A DNA stretch of 64,000 bases from Trypanosoma brucei (Eukaryota). Both the position numbers and the translations under genes were made by a program. Positions 34,753 to 48,413 of the stretch are shown piece by piece (position 1 is the first letter of the stretch; each line of letters starts with the position of its first letter). The stretch covers positions 448,001 through 512,000 of the forward strand of contig AE017150.2 of assembly GCA_000002445.1 (NCBI GenBank), written 5' to 3'. A model generated the notes under the pieces. The model had not been told where the DNA came from. It saw only the letters and a list, made by a program, of their open reading frames with translations, and did no database searches.

Positions 34753-36051
34753 TTATCCGACACGCTGCCGTTTTGTCCTTTCCTTCACCGCTTCAGATAT
34801 TGCTATATATGGCGCCTGCAGAGGTGGCTGAACGGGCGGCAGTACAACATCAGACTCACCACGGTCGTAGCACATATCAGCATCATAACCAGTCAAGTCT
34901 CCACAGGCCAGGAAAGGTACGATAACAGATTCTACTGCGTATGCCTCATCAACTATATCAGTAACACCACTATGATGCAATTCACCATTGTTAACATTGT
35001 CGGATGACATGCGCTGCGCATCCACAGCGGCTAAGTGCAGTGCTGGGGCAGCGGGTGTGAAGCAACTCGTTGTCTGCGTAAGTGGCCGCTCGAATGACGG
35101 CTGGTAGGATGCAGGCGGGTCGTAGTTTTGGCACACCATAAAAGCCTCCATCGAGGCGTTGCGCGATGACTTTGGTTTCGCGATGGTCACTTGACGGAAA
35201 AAAACTTCTGCTTTGGCGACAAGAAACGGCGTGTTGGGGCCGCGGAACATCTTTGTCACAAACGTACCGCCGCGCCGGAGCACAAATGTCGTGATGTTAA
35301 GTGCGGCGAGCAGCAGATGGTGCTGAAGATACTCGTCAAGCTCGTGCATACCGGTAACATCGGGAGCGCCGTCGCACACCACCAAATCCGCCTTTCGCCC
35401 GGCGACGGGTCGCGTCGAAGCGCCCGCATCCCCACCGTTCCTATCGTCGTTATTATTACTATTATTGTTATTGTTGTCACCATCCACACATTCAGAAGCA
35501 TTATTACGTTCATTCATGAGCCCTACACCGCAATCCGACCTCTGCTGACTACTCTTTCCCTCCTCGCTGACGTTATTGCCGCGACCGTTATTAAAATCAT
35601 TAATTGCGCCTGCTGTCGAGAGTGCCGTGGCGTCTGAGCATTCGGGAACAGAAGAGGAATCACCGTTAAGCAACCGAATGATTTCGCGCGCCGTCCACTC
35701 ACTCGTGATATCGCCTTGCAACAGCTGGACGCCGTCTATTGGCATCATCTCCTGCAGGTCCACCGCAACAATGCGAGGGCGCTGGGATGCTTCAGAGTTT
35801 ATGGCTTCGTCTCCTTCACACGCTTCTGCTGCACTTCCCGGTTGACTGCCGCACAGATGGTTGGAAAGCACTTGTGACCAGCTTCCTGGGGCTGCACACA
35901 GATCCACAACACCAGTACGTATTTCCTCACGCCGAAGAATCCCAAATTCTTCATGCAGTTGCAGCAACTTGTACGCGCTACGCGCTCGGTAACCTTCTTC
36001 TTTCGCTTTGCGATAGTAGATGTCCCGCTTGTCCTTTGAAGCACGACCCAT
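34753..36051 (-). CDS. FtsJ/TRM7-type tRNA/rRNA 2'-O-ribose methyltransferase with Asn-rich insertion
   Basis: ATG confirmed at 36049-36051. 'MGRASKDKRDIYYRKAKEEGYRARSAYKLLQLHEEFGI...DLCAAPGSWSQVL' matches the Trm7/FTSJ1 N-terminus (SKDKRD.YYRKAKE.GYRARSAFKL) and the SAM motif. The K-D-K-E tetrad residues appear present ('LVVCDGAPDVTG', 'FVTKMFRG'). 'NNNNNSNNNDDRNGG' is encoded by an AAT-rich repeat. Confidence 0.75.
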   Translation of the reverse strand: MGRASKDKRDIYYRKAKEEGYRARSAYKLLQLHEEFGILRREEIRTGVVDLCAAPGSWSQVLSNHLCGSQPGSAAEACEGDEAINSEASQRPRIVAVDLQEMMPIDGVQLLQGDITSEWTAREIIRLLNGDSSSVPECSDATALSTAGAINDFNNGRGNNVSEEGKSSQQRSDCGVGLMNERNNASECVDGDNNNNNSNNNDDRNGGDAGASTRPVAGRKADLVVCDGAPDVTGMHELDEYLQHHLLLAALNITTFVLRRGGTFVTKMFRGPNTPFLVAKAEVFFRQVTIAKPKSSRNASMEAFMVCQNYDPPASYQPSFERPLTQTTSCFTPAAPALHLAAVDAQRMSSDNVNNGELHHSGVTDIVDEAYAVESVIVPFLACGDLTGYDADMCYDRGESDVVLPPVQPPLQAPYIAISEAVKERTKRQRVG

Positions 36052-37140
36052 TGTTTTGCTACACGTGGAAGTATGCTAGTGTGTTAAATCGATTATTCTC
36101 GTCGTACCAACCCTCAGTACGCCCTGCTTTCGATATCTGTATATGTGTGTATGAGCTGAGATGCCACAATTTTTGGCGAAAACCCTTGCCGTTTTTTTTT
36201 TCTACTCTTCACGAAGATAACTACAACACCCCCACAGGTTTGAATTTCTTTCCCTTATTTTCCTTTCTTTTTTTTTATTTCTGTTGACGTTATCTTCACT
36301 TTCCGCCTTCCCTGTTCTTTTTTGGGGTACGGAACTAACCTCACCGTTCGAGGCTAAAATTTGGGGTAAAGGGGATGGAAAGAAATGAAAAAGAAGAGAA
36401 AAAACCTGCAGGTAAACGTTAAGACCAGTCCTCGCATGAATCAACCCGGTTGAACTTCTGCAATTCCTCTCTTGTGTGCAACTTGTGCACGTGGGTATAT
36501 TCCGGTTATCACCCCTCCAGATATAACAAGATTAAAAGGAAGAAAAAAAAGACGGAAAAAGAGGCTGGTAGGAATCTCACTTTGTGCCTTCCCGGCAGTT
36601 TGTAATAAACAACTCATAGTAATAATAATGATAATGATGATGATGATGATAAAAATAAAAATAATGGAGAAAATAAAGTTGAACCTCCACAGTAAGTTCA
36701 CCTCAGACTCAAGCCGCACATGCGAAAAGGATCCACTTGCGGCCAACACCACATCTTTGGCCTTTTCAAATCCCTTCACTTTCATTCCACCCCCACCCAT
36801 TCATTACTGCAACAACTCTTCCTTCTTCCATCTGTCCGTTATTTACGGTTAGCGCACAATCCCTCCTTACAAAAGGAGGCAACAACAACAAACAAACAAA
36901 AGGCAATAAGGCCTAACGGTGGTGCGCAGCATTACCGCAGGCGCATCGTGTCCGGCATCACATTTTCGCTTTCTCTTTTGCGCAACTGTTCCCCAACCCA
37001 CCACTCTTTGCTTTATATTTCTATACTCTCCATACACCTTCTGGTGTGGAGATATGTGTAGCACAATGTTTGTGGAAGGGAAGCGTGTCCAAATAAACTG
37101 AGGCCCCTTAGTGAAGTTCCTTTAATCTATTATTTATTAT

Positions 37141-37161
37141 TATATATATATATATATATAT
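37141..37161. repeat. (TA)n microsatellite
   Basis: The run 'tatatatatatatatatatat' is visible in the intergenic region. Confidence 0.9.
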
Positions 37162-38393
37162 TTCTCCTTCCCCCGTAATCTTGAAGCCACGTCATTGAGG
37201 CACAAGAATGAAGCAAGTTTGATATAAATGCAGTAGACTTAAACACAGTGAAGTGTGTCTGTGTGCGTAAGAAAGAGAAATAGAACAGAATTGGGTTCAT
37301 TTACTAGCACCATACCCTGCGCCTCCTCTCTTTTTTTCTCTTCTCACTTTCTCTCCTTTCACCACCGTTACAACACCCGCATATGAATATATGCACGAGG
37401 GACACACCGCACAAACGAAGAAAAAAGGAAGAAAATGCAAATGACCGTACGTGAATTATCAATACATAGGATATATGTGTACACACGTTTTACATAAGCA
37501 TATATATAAACTACGTGTGTGAAGGGGTCGCACCGTACCGCACATTTAATTACCCCCATTCCTCATCATAACACGTTGCACAGCTTCGTGACAAAACCTG
37601 CCCACCTAATTGCTGTTCAAACGAACAACCCAAATAAAACATAACCGAGATCAGCGCTGACGAACAAAGCCGCAGCCTTCACAATCAGTTGACAGTTATA
37701 AAAATAGAAGGATGGTGCAGGGTGGAAAATAGGCGGGCGAACTGTGACCTGCCACAAAAGAATGAAAGAAACAAAAGAAGAAAAAAAGGGAGAACACCAA
37801 ACAAGAATGACAATAGCAATCCTCCTTCAAACAGGTGCACACATCGTTATTTCCCCTTCCCATTCAACCACTCATCCCCTTCATTCCCATCAATATCCCA
37901 GAGGAAAAAGCAACAGGACCTCCAGGGCACGCACAAATAAAGGCCAGTCGTTACCTTCCCCTCCCTTAACATAGAAGAAAAAAAAATGAAGAAAACAAAA
38001 AGAAAAATAGAAAACCATTCCGGTGTTTTTGTTCCCCATCCTTGGAACCTTTGTTATCGTGCCACACGTTTCGACTCTTTCACTCCTAATAGTGCCCTTT
38101 CCCCCCTTTTCTTCATGTCATATCCTTCTTTCATTTTCTTGTCTCACGGCCCACAACTTGTTTGGACGCTTTCCCCCACTCTCGCCCGCCGAATGCTTTC
38201 CTCCTTCTTTCAGCACAACTCCCGCTCACACTATCACTTCGCGGTAGCTTGCATGTGAACCATACCTGATATCTTTGAACGCACAAATATAGAAAAACAC
38301 GCGCTTCCTTATTCTCTTTGTTTCTTCACCCTTCTAGCCTGCTAAGGTGAGTATTATAAAACTTTAAATGTGTTTATTAGTCAACGTGCTTGC

Positions 38394-38990
38394 TTATACC
38401 CGCTTCCGGTGGTGCTTCGCCACCTCCTGCCGCACGCGTTCTTCATACTCTTGACGATCACGCGTGTACACACGAAATGGCTCTTCCTGAGCGGGGTCGT
38501 TGATGTTTGGGTTGTCCAGGAGCTCCTGTATCGCCAGTAGTATTTGCTTAATTGTAATACTCGGCCGCCAGTCCTTCTCCTCGTTGAGAATGGAAAGACA
38601 TACCGTTCCACTCGGGTAGACGTTGGGGTGAAAAAGTACCGGGTTAAACACACATTTAGGCGGCTTTGTCGGGTAATCCTCTGAAAAGTGGAGAAAGAGA
38701 CGGAACTCACCACCTTCAAACGGAGTGCCTGGCTTCCCCGGTATTCCTGCTTCCCACTCAAGCAAGTCCAAGCCACCAGAGTTGTCGCCAGCAGTTTGGC
38801 TACTGCCACTCCCCTGATGCGTTTGGGGGGCCGCTGATGACTTGGCCAGCGCAGTAAGGACATTATTCGGTTGTTGATGCTGCACACTTTTGATTTCCCG
38901 CGGTTTCGCCCAAAAGCCAAAAGGTCGCTCCTTACGCCATGCTTTGCGCTCCTCTCGTAGGCGTGACTGAGCTAAAGATAGCCCGGACAT
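38394..38990 (-). CDS. UBC9: SUMO-conjugating enzyme E2 (UBC9) with ~40-aa low-complexity insertion after helix 1
   Basis: ATG confirmed at 38988-38990. '[21 protein letters not shown]' and '[23 protein letters not shown]...[66 protein letters not shown]' closely match UBC9, including the catalytic Cys in '[15 protein letters not shown]'. Confidence 0.85.
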   Translation of the reverse strand: MSGLSLAQSRLREERKAWRKERPFGFWAKPREIKSVQHQQPNNVLTALAKSSAAPQTHQGSGSSQTAGDNSGGLDLLEWEAGIPGKPGTPFEGGEFRLFLHFSEDYPTKPPKCVFNPVLFHPNVYPSGTVCLSILNEEKDWRPSITIKQILLAIQELLDNPNINDPAQEEPFRVYTRDRQEYEERVRQEVAKHHRKRV

Positions 38991-39441
38991 GATACGTCAG
39001 ACTTATTCGCTTTGTGATATGCGGCTCTGCAAAGTGGCCCGCTTCGTCTGATGACCTGCGCCGCTTGAGCGATTTCCTCACCTTACCAACTGTTTCTTAG
39101 TTGCAGTGTAGAGTACGGTTCACGTAAAAAGGTTCAGCAACGAGAGGAGGATATTTAGAAATGGAAGTTAAGGTCGCATTGGGTTTCTTTAATCAACCAA
39201 AGAAGGGTGGGGGGGAGGGGAGGGGTTCCGAGTTACTCATTGAACGTAGATCCAGAGCTTTAGGAGATTCAATCCAACAACTGTGAGAGAATGCGTGTCA
39301 GCACCCCTTTCCCTCGTCGCCGCTCATCCATTCCATTCTCCCATCGTTTGCTTGCTTTCTATTTCGGTGCGACACTGGTATCCCCGCTGCCCTTTCCTTC
39401 ATTGTTTCATCTCCAACCCAAAGTTTCCGCCGAAACTCCTT

Positions 39442-41943
<2,502 letters not shown>

Positions 41944-43050
41944 CTAGGGCTGCGCGCCCCGGTAAATGTATTGCCCAGTGCTTTCAGCACCGCCTCCGCC
42001 TCCTCTCTTTCAAAGTGAAAATGTGTTACTGCTGCTTTTCCTTCATATGTTTCTCTTATCTACATTATTATTATTATATTCCATTTCTGTCACTCACAAA
42101 CGAATAGATGTGAAAAATTTTCTCATACTCTCCTTGCGCCCTGTTACTTTTCTTTCTTAGCACAAAATCCCACACCCGGCCCTCCCTCTTCCCTGCCGCT
42201 AAACGACAACAATAGCAACAGTAGCCACAACAATAGCAATCGCAATGATGATAATAACAAATGTGCAAACAAACAAAGAGATGCGCGGTACTGAAGTGTG
42301 CACGACAAATGGGAGCATCCACCGGTATTATTATCACCAACAAGGACACCAAGCGCAGCCATAATAAGACGAACGCACAAATGTGCGATCACACTCACTT
42401 ACTCAATTAAATACTTATTTACGTTTCCAACAGCGTTCATTTGCTCTCCCCAGTGTGTCACTCTGATGTGAAGAAAGACGATGGGGTCACGAGGGGGGAA
42501 AATAAAAAGGAACAAAGTCCGAAGAATTAAAAAGAAAAAGGGAGCATCTCTATGAGGTTGTTAACAGCGACTCGGTGAATAAATTTCCCTCCCACGTTAA
42601 CAGCTTCTTTCCATTACTCCCTGAACCAGCGGCAACCAATAAGGCGTACCGTGAAAAACCACGCACGAATGGCGACAACATATCATCCAACGAGTGGGAC
42701 AAATGAAATTCAAGAAAAAAAATCATCGTATATGAATACCTATGTACTTGTATAGAGACAAAAAAGGTAGTGGTCCATATTCCCTCTCCCTCTCTCTCTC
42801 TCTCACACAGCATATTTCGAAAAAAAAAACCCACTATATATGTGAAAAAGAAAAATAGTTAAATGCTTTTTCATTCACCTGCTACCGACCTCGTAGCTCT
42901 TTTCCTTTTTCTTCCATTATAATACTTCTCACCCATACCACAATTGCGCACATTTTTGAAATATTTAACGTATGATCAACCCGTGCATGCGTAAAAACAG
43001 CAATCAATAAAATACTTTTACTCCCTTCTACTACAACTCCCTAACGCCAT

Positions 43051-43881
43051 TTAATTGGTATTACGTGCTGCGGATTGTCCCATCTGCAACACTGCTTCAT
43101 TTGGCAGCTCTTCCTCTTTCCCTGTAACAGTCATAATCCAGAAGGAAATATCCTCTTTGGTCTTCATGAACACCACAACACATATTAGAAAGCCACCGAT
43201 GCCCACCATGATAATGGTTGAAATGGTACTTTCGTGGCAGAACTGACCAATACTGCAAGGAGGGTCCAGCCTCTTATACGGGACATTTTTCAAATTTTCC
43301 CCAATAAATATAGCCTGCGAGCTAAACGCAAGCATATCATTTCTTTTGGTGATGGGATGGAGCACTTCCGCAAGTGATACCATGCATTTAGTGGGAAACT
43401 TAATGGGGTCGTGTCTATTGTCAGAACTTCGCCTTCGGATTCTGTGTGCGTTTGTGTTCCACTCCATTGACGCACCAAAGTACAAACCGTATGCATAAAG
43501 GTTTTTGCGAAAGCTTATTTGCTCCTCTAGCAAGGAGATATCGCATTGCTTGTTGAGAGGACCACCATACGCGTCCCGTACGATCCAGAATTGTTTGCAG
43601 AAGCACCTTGAAAGATCCTCCAGTATGGCTTTGGTGATTTCATCCATGGTGCGTCTTGTAACCACTGCAAAATACCGTATTGAGGGACCCATAAGTATAA
43701 GTGAGGAATTAACACTGTCTTTTCTCTTTGCGCTTTCATCGCTGGTATTCGGTCCAGTTTCCGGTACAAGTCCCGAGTCTTCGGTTTCCTCCGCATCATC
43801 ATCTTCATCCGGCGGGTCAGCCGAAGTCACGCCCATGAGGTAAATTAGAACAATGGCCGCTGCGAAGTAGCGACTTGACAT
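43051..43881 (-). CDS. Hypothetical type I membrane protein (signal peptide, acidic N-terminal region, C-terminal TM)
   Basis: The ORF-track start is TTG. The first ATG at 43879-43881 gives 'MSSRYFAAAIVLIYLMGVTSA' (signal-peptide-like) followed by 'DPPDEDDDAEETEDSG'. The C-terminal 'TIIMVGIGGFLICVVVFM' is a TM helix. Confidence 0.5.
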   Translation of the reverse strand: MSSRYFAAAIVLIYLMGVTSADPPDEDDDAEETEDSGLVPETGPNTSDESAKRKDSVNSSLILMGPSIRYFAVVTRRTMDEITKAILEDLSRCFCKQFWIVRDAYGGPLNKQCDISLLEEQISFRKNLYAYGLYFGASMEWNTNAHRIRRRSSDNRHDPIKFPTKCMVSLAEVLHPITKRNDMLAFSSQAIFIGENLKNVPYKRLDPPCSIGQFCHESTISTIIMVGIGGFLICVVVFMKTKEDISFWIMTVTGKEEELPNEAVLQMGQSAARNTN

Positions 43882-44454
43882 GATATTGAGCACGAACCAA
43901 ACCAGAAATTCAGCAGAATACAAAGGTATACGGGTGGTAATGAATGCCGACCAAAATAACCTCCCGTCCCCGACTCACTTATCCCGTTGCTAAACCTTCC
44001 CACTGAGAATAATTTCTTTCGGAGCGAGCATAAAACAAAGTAACAATAACAACAACAACAACAGCAACAACAAAGAAAGTACAAGAAAGAAACCACAGGG
44101 AGAATTATTCTCTTTGTGCAGGAGTCAAATTGTATACAAAAAAAAGTACCTAAAAAGGCAATAAATATAAAACTAGAAAAAAAATAATTAACATTTCGAT
44201 CACTGGCCAACTTTCATCAACCTGTTAAATAACTCCCAAGCTTTCAGGGCAGGATTGGTAACTGCTTTTACAGATCAGTGTCCCCAAAGCCGCAATGAGG
44301 TTGCTTATCAGTTACGACATTAAAGAACAGATACACACGCCCACACACCACACGACGAAAGGAGAAAACAGAGGGCAAGTGATGCTTTCCCAATTTCATT
44401 CGGTTCATTCACCCCCTCCCCTCCGGTGTGGGTGTGTTGGATCGAAATACGGCG

Positions 44455-45300
44455 TTAAGTGTATAACGTGCGGCGAAAGCGGTGTCTTCGCCTGTGCTCC
44501 CGCCACCAACGCCATCCCAACCCCATTAAAACTCCAGCTCCTAAACCCCCCAAGTGGGCGGCGTGGCCAACAGTTTCGCCAGGTCCCCACCACCACCCCC
44601 ATCCCGTACCTGATGATCCCGATGTGGGTTTTCCCCCGAGTGTTGCGGTAGCGAGTTTGAAGACCTCCAAAGCAGCTGCCATCCACACAGTAATCCAAGT
44701 GCCCCTGTAGGCTGCTCCAAACCCATGAATCGCGTATCCACCAGCGCTGGCTCCACACATGAAGGATGTATCCACCCGGTGCTTTCCCACACTGTACGTT
44801 ACACTACCAACCCAACTGTCAAACTGTGACTTAAGGGTGGAGAAGATACCTTCCTCTTCTTCATGAAAGAAACCGATGAGACCCTTCACAGAGAACATTC
44901 CCTTCCATCTCTTCCACTTCAACTGCGCGTAGTCAAAAAGCAGCTGCCCAGCAACACCGCTGACGCCCCCAATAATGAGAACGGCGGTTGCGCCAGCGGC
45001 CTCCTTGATGCTTTTCCACATGCCGCGGTCCGCTACACCGATCTGAAAGCAATCTTCCCCGAGCTCTAAGAGTGTGCACAATAGCAGCATCACGTTTCCC
45101 ACAAAGTGTTCATCAGAAGCATGCACAAACATATGCGTTACGAGGACAAGCGGGTTACGCTTAAATGCCGAGACGGAAAAGCCATAGTCCTGCACACGTG
45201 CCAGGCACTGAAAAGGAGTTGGCCACTTTCCATCCGCAAAATGGACAAGCAAGCAAATCCATACGGGCGTCAGGCGGATTGCTATGCATGTGGGAATCAT
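44455..45300 (-). CDS. Rhomboid-like intramembrane serine protease family protein
   Basis: The ORF-track start is TTG. The first ATG is at 45298-45300. It has rhomboid hallmarks in order: TM2 'HASDEHFVGN' (HxxxN), TM4 'CGASAGGYAIHG' (GxSx catalytic Ser) and TM6 'AHLGGLGAGVLMG' (catalytic His). There is a Trp/Gly-rich segment 'GTGWGWWWGPG'. Confidence 0.65.
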   Translation of the reverse strand: MIPTCIAIRLTPVWICLLVHFADGKWPTPFQCLARVQDYGFSVSAFKRNPLVLVTHMFVHASDEHFVGNVMLLLCTLLELGEDCFQIGVADRGMWKSIKEAAGATAVLIIGGVSGVAGQLLFDYAQLKWKRWKGMFSVKGLIGFFHEEEEGIFSTLKSQFDSWVGSVTYSVGKHRVDTSFMCGASAGGYAIHGFGAAYRGTWITVWMAAALEVFKLATATLGGKPTSGSSGTGWGWWWGPGETVGHAAHLGGLGAGVLMGLGWRWWREHRRRHRFRRTLYT

Positions 45301-46284
45301 CACCGTCCCTGAGAAGTCACACAAATGCTCCCTCGCAACAATTCACGTCGTCTTCTTCCCGTGCGCCACTCGAGTCGGCGCAGCGCGACGAGTTCCTTTC
45401 ACTTGGCGTGCAATTTAGTAATGAAGCACACCCAAACCCCTAAAGGAACAACAACGGACCTGTTAGGGTAAATGTCCCAGCTCCGTCCCACTGCACGCCA
45501 CCGTTCCTAACCTTCGTTTCACAAAACCCCCTCTTTTTTCCCCCCTCACCAGTATTGAGGCAACTGGGAGACTGACGTAGCCGACAGCAGAGACGGCAAG
45601 AGCTGGTTAGTTGAAGCCTTCACACACGGGTTAACACTGCGCGATCATCAACAACTACAACCTAGTTTCCGTACAAGCACACGAGGCCCACAAAAACAAC
45701 CACCAGACGGTAAGCAAAAGTCAAAGAATGAGAAGAAGTTCGTACAAAGCACTCTGAACGTAGGAAAAAACATGGAAGGGAAGGCAGTAAAGCAAGAAAA
45801 AAAGTGCAAAATGCGGGCGGCCACGCTAGACCAAGTAATTGTGTCAACACACAGATGCTAAAGTGAACAATCAAAAGACACTAGAAGAAGTGTGGGATGT
45901 GTTCACAGGTAACAGTCGAACGACAGAGATGAAAGGAAAACAAACGGATCAAAGGATGAAAAGTGGAAAGGCGAGAGGCGAATAGGGATTGTTGGCTCCC
46001 TCTTCCCAGGTGGCGAAAACATGTTCACTTAAAGTCTTTTTGACTTTTTCTACACCGTACTAGAACCCCCTTTAACTTAACCAGTAGCCATATAAAGAAT
46101 CATATATTAAAATACCTACAATCTGCTACAGCCGAAGAGTGAAGCAGTACAACAGACACGATTATATTTATGTCCACGTGACCCAACGCAACAGCAGAAA
46201 AGGGGGAAAAGCTGCTTAAGTCGAGCAGTTAACGGTGCGCAAATTGACACAGGCACATCAACTGCAAAGATCAGCATGTTCGCT

Positions 46285-47097
46285 CTACGAATGGGTAATA
46301 AGGACACCGGGTTTGAGGCTCTTATCCACTGTCACCGCAACAGTCCAGTTATCAATGAGTTTCGCAATATACACTGCTGCCCATTCAAGTTTCTTGTTTA
46401 CACGCGCCTTGAGCACGTTGCCCTTCACCAGAACACAGTCTGCTTCCACACCAACAACACCTGTCCATGGCTGGCCACGTCCGCACACAACCTCAGCACC
46501 AACAACGACACGATGGGGGCACTTTGGCACACGAGCAGTGATACTGGTGGTGTATGTGTTGAGTTTATTTGTGCGGACGGCTGCCGTGTAACCGCAGCGC
46601 GCGTAGCGGCACGAAGCAGTCCAATCACAGTTGCCTTTTGCTCCCAAATTGTAGAGAGCACCGCAGCCAACGCTGCAGTATGGCCCGATAGCTGTACCAG
46701 CACCAACTTCCAACGTTTTTTTCGTCAGTTTTTCATGCAGGGAAAGGAGACCCTGAAAGTTTCCTTCATGGCTCACCTCGTAGTTCCCATTTTTGTTCAC
46801 CACACCCTCAATTTTGTGGCCTTTATAGTGGTACGTCACAGTTCCAGTGACATTTGAGGTAGATGTTGCGTACGTGCCCTTCAAGGCCGCACCGCACTGA
46901 CTGATCGTATATTCCAGATCTGTTGAAAATGCGCCATCGGATGTGACGGTGGGGTTCAGGATGAGTTTATCCTTGGGACCTTTGAACTTGGACTCCAGTT
47001 TCCACTTTTGCGCACTGCTGTAGTTCTTTGTCAGTAGGTCTTTCGCATCCTTGTGGTAGTCCTTATACAGGACGAGGGATTTTGCAGGTGCAAACAT
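46285..47097 (-). CDS. VDAC: Mitochondrial outer-membrane porin (VDAC)-like beta-barrel protein, tandem copy 1
   Basis: 270-aa ORF with ATG confirmed at 47095-47097. Alternating polar/hydrophobic beta-strand periodicity runs throughout ('GTVTYHYKGHKIEGVVNKNGNYEVSHEGNFQGLLSLHEK...'). The size fits VDAC. I recall a tandem VDAC pair in T. brucei. The protein is identical to the ORF at 47601-48413. Confidence 0.6.
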   Translation of the reverse strand: MFAPAKSLVLYKDYHKDAKDLLTKNYSSAQKWKLESKFKGPKDKLILNPTVTSDGAFSTDLEYTISQCGAALKGTYATSTSNVTGTVTYHYKGHKIEGVVNKNGNYEVSHEGNFQGLLSLHEKLTKKTLEVGAGTAIGPYCSVGCGALYNLGAKGNCDWTASCRYARCGYTAAVRTNKLNTYTTSITARVPKCPHRVVVGAEVVCGRGQPWTGVVGVEADCVLVKGNVLKARVNKKLEWAAVYIAKLIDNWTVAVTVDKSLKPGVLITHS

Positions 47098-47226
47098 CCT
47101 TGTAACGGAAAGTTGTTTGAATAATAAAGAATATTAGCTAGTGACGATAAGGGTGTGGTAAAATAGATGGAAAGGGGGAAACGAGAGGCTTGAGCGACAG
47201 GTCACACGACAGGTGTAAGAAGTCAT
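46286..47226. repeat. Tandem duplication unit 1 (CDS plus ~130 bp upstream), ~99-100% identical to 47602-48546
   Basis: The supplied ORF translations on both strands are identical for the two copies. Identity begins immediately adjacent to the stop codon and ends at '...caggtgtaagaagtcat' upstream of the ATG. The period is about 1316 bp. Confidence 0.85.
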
Positions 47227-47600
47227 GTGGAAATAATTTGTATTGCGTGTCCACATGTGTACCTTACGTAACTGTGGACCAACGTAGTCGTAATAAAGGG
47301 CTGAATTCCTAATTGCTAAGTTTGCACGGTAAATACAATGCGCGTTTATACATATAGATGCTGCTAAGTGTTTTTGCCCCCCGGGCTTCCATCCCCCCTG
47401 GCAGAGCTGCCGATACAATCCATCCTAACGCTCGATAAAACATAGGTGGAAGCTCGACGAATACCCACCCTATTATTGGCTCCGTTCTTGTCCATGTTAC
47501 CCAACTTTGGCGGTAAATTGCTGGTACACCGAAAACGAACAAACAAACAATAAAAAAATACGTTCAAAGAAAAAAAAAATAAAGTAATATAGTAAACGAT

Positions 47601-48413
47601 CTACGAATGGGTAATAAGGACACCGGGTTTGAGGCTCTTATCCACTGTCACCGCAACAGTCCAGTTATCAATGAGTTTCGCAATATACACTGCTGCCCAT
47701 TCAAGTTTCTTGTTTACACGCGCCTTGAGCACGTTGCCCTTCACCAGAACACAGTCTGCTTCCACACCAACAACACCTGTCCATGGCTGGCCACGTCCGC
47801 ACACAACCTCAGCACCAACAACGACACGATGGGGGCACTTTGGCACACGAGCAGTGATACTGGTGGTGTATGTGTTGAGTTTATTTGTGCGGACGGCTGC
47901 CGTGTAACCGCAGCGCGCGTAGCGGCACGAAGCAGTCCAATCACAGTTGCCTTTTGCTCCCAAATTGTAGAGAGCACCGCAGCCAACGCTGCAGTATGGC
48001 CCGATAGCTGTACCAGCACCAACTTCCAACGTTTTTTTCGTCAGTTTTTCATGCAGGGAAAGGAGACCCTGAAAGTTTCCTTCATGGCTCACCTCGTAGT
48101 TCCCATTTTTGTTCACCACACCCTCAATTTTGTGGCCTTTATAGTGGTACGTCACAGTTCCAGTGACATTTGAGGTAGATGTTGCGTACGTGCCCTTCAA
48201 GGCCGCACCGCACTGACTGATCGTATATTCCAGATCTGTTGAAAATGCGCCATCGGATGTGACGGTGGGGTTCAGGATGAGTTTATCCTTGGGACCTTTG
48301 AACTTGGACTCCAGTTTCCACTTTTGCGCACTGCTGTAGTTCTTTGTCAGTAGGTCTTTCGCATCCTTGTGGTAGTCCTTATACAGGACGAGGGATTTTG
48401 CAGGTGCAAACAT
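47601..48413 (-). CDS. VDAC: Mitochondrial outer-membrane porin (VDAC)-like beta-barrel protein, tandem copy 2
   Basis: ATG confirmed at 48411-48413. The 270-aa product is identical to copy 1. Confidence 0.6.
   Translation of the reverse strand: MFAPAKSLVLYKDYHKDAKDLLTKNYSSAQKWKLESKFKGPKDKLILNPTVTSDGAFSTDLEYTISQCGAALKGTYATSTSNVTGTVTYHYKGHKIEGVVNKNGNYEVSHEGNFQGLLSLHEKLTKKTLEVGAGTAIGPYCSVGCGALYNLGAKGNCDWTASCRYARCGYTAAVRTNKLNTYTTSITARVPKCPHRVVVGAEVVCGRGQPWTGVVGVEADCVLVKGNVLKARVNKKLEWAAVYIAKLIDNWTVAVTVDKSLKPGVLITHS

Noticed and set aside
38381-38920. 179-aa ORF overlapping UBC9 in another minus-strand frame.
   Set aside because: It is an alternative frame of the strongly supported UBC9 CDS, and its composition is Arg-rich and artefactual.
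9924-38990. Apparent clustering of ubiquitin/SUMO-pathway genes (RING E3, RPN6, UBC9) within ~30 kb as a possible functional cluster.
   Set aside because: Trypanosomatid polycistronic units are not organised by function. The intervening genes (COG-like, glycosyltransferases, SRP14, CK2, TRM7) are unrelated. The clustering is most likely coincidental.
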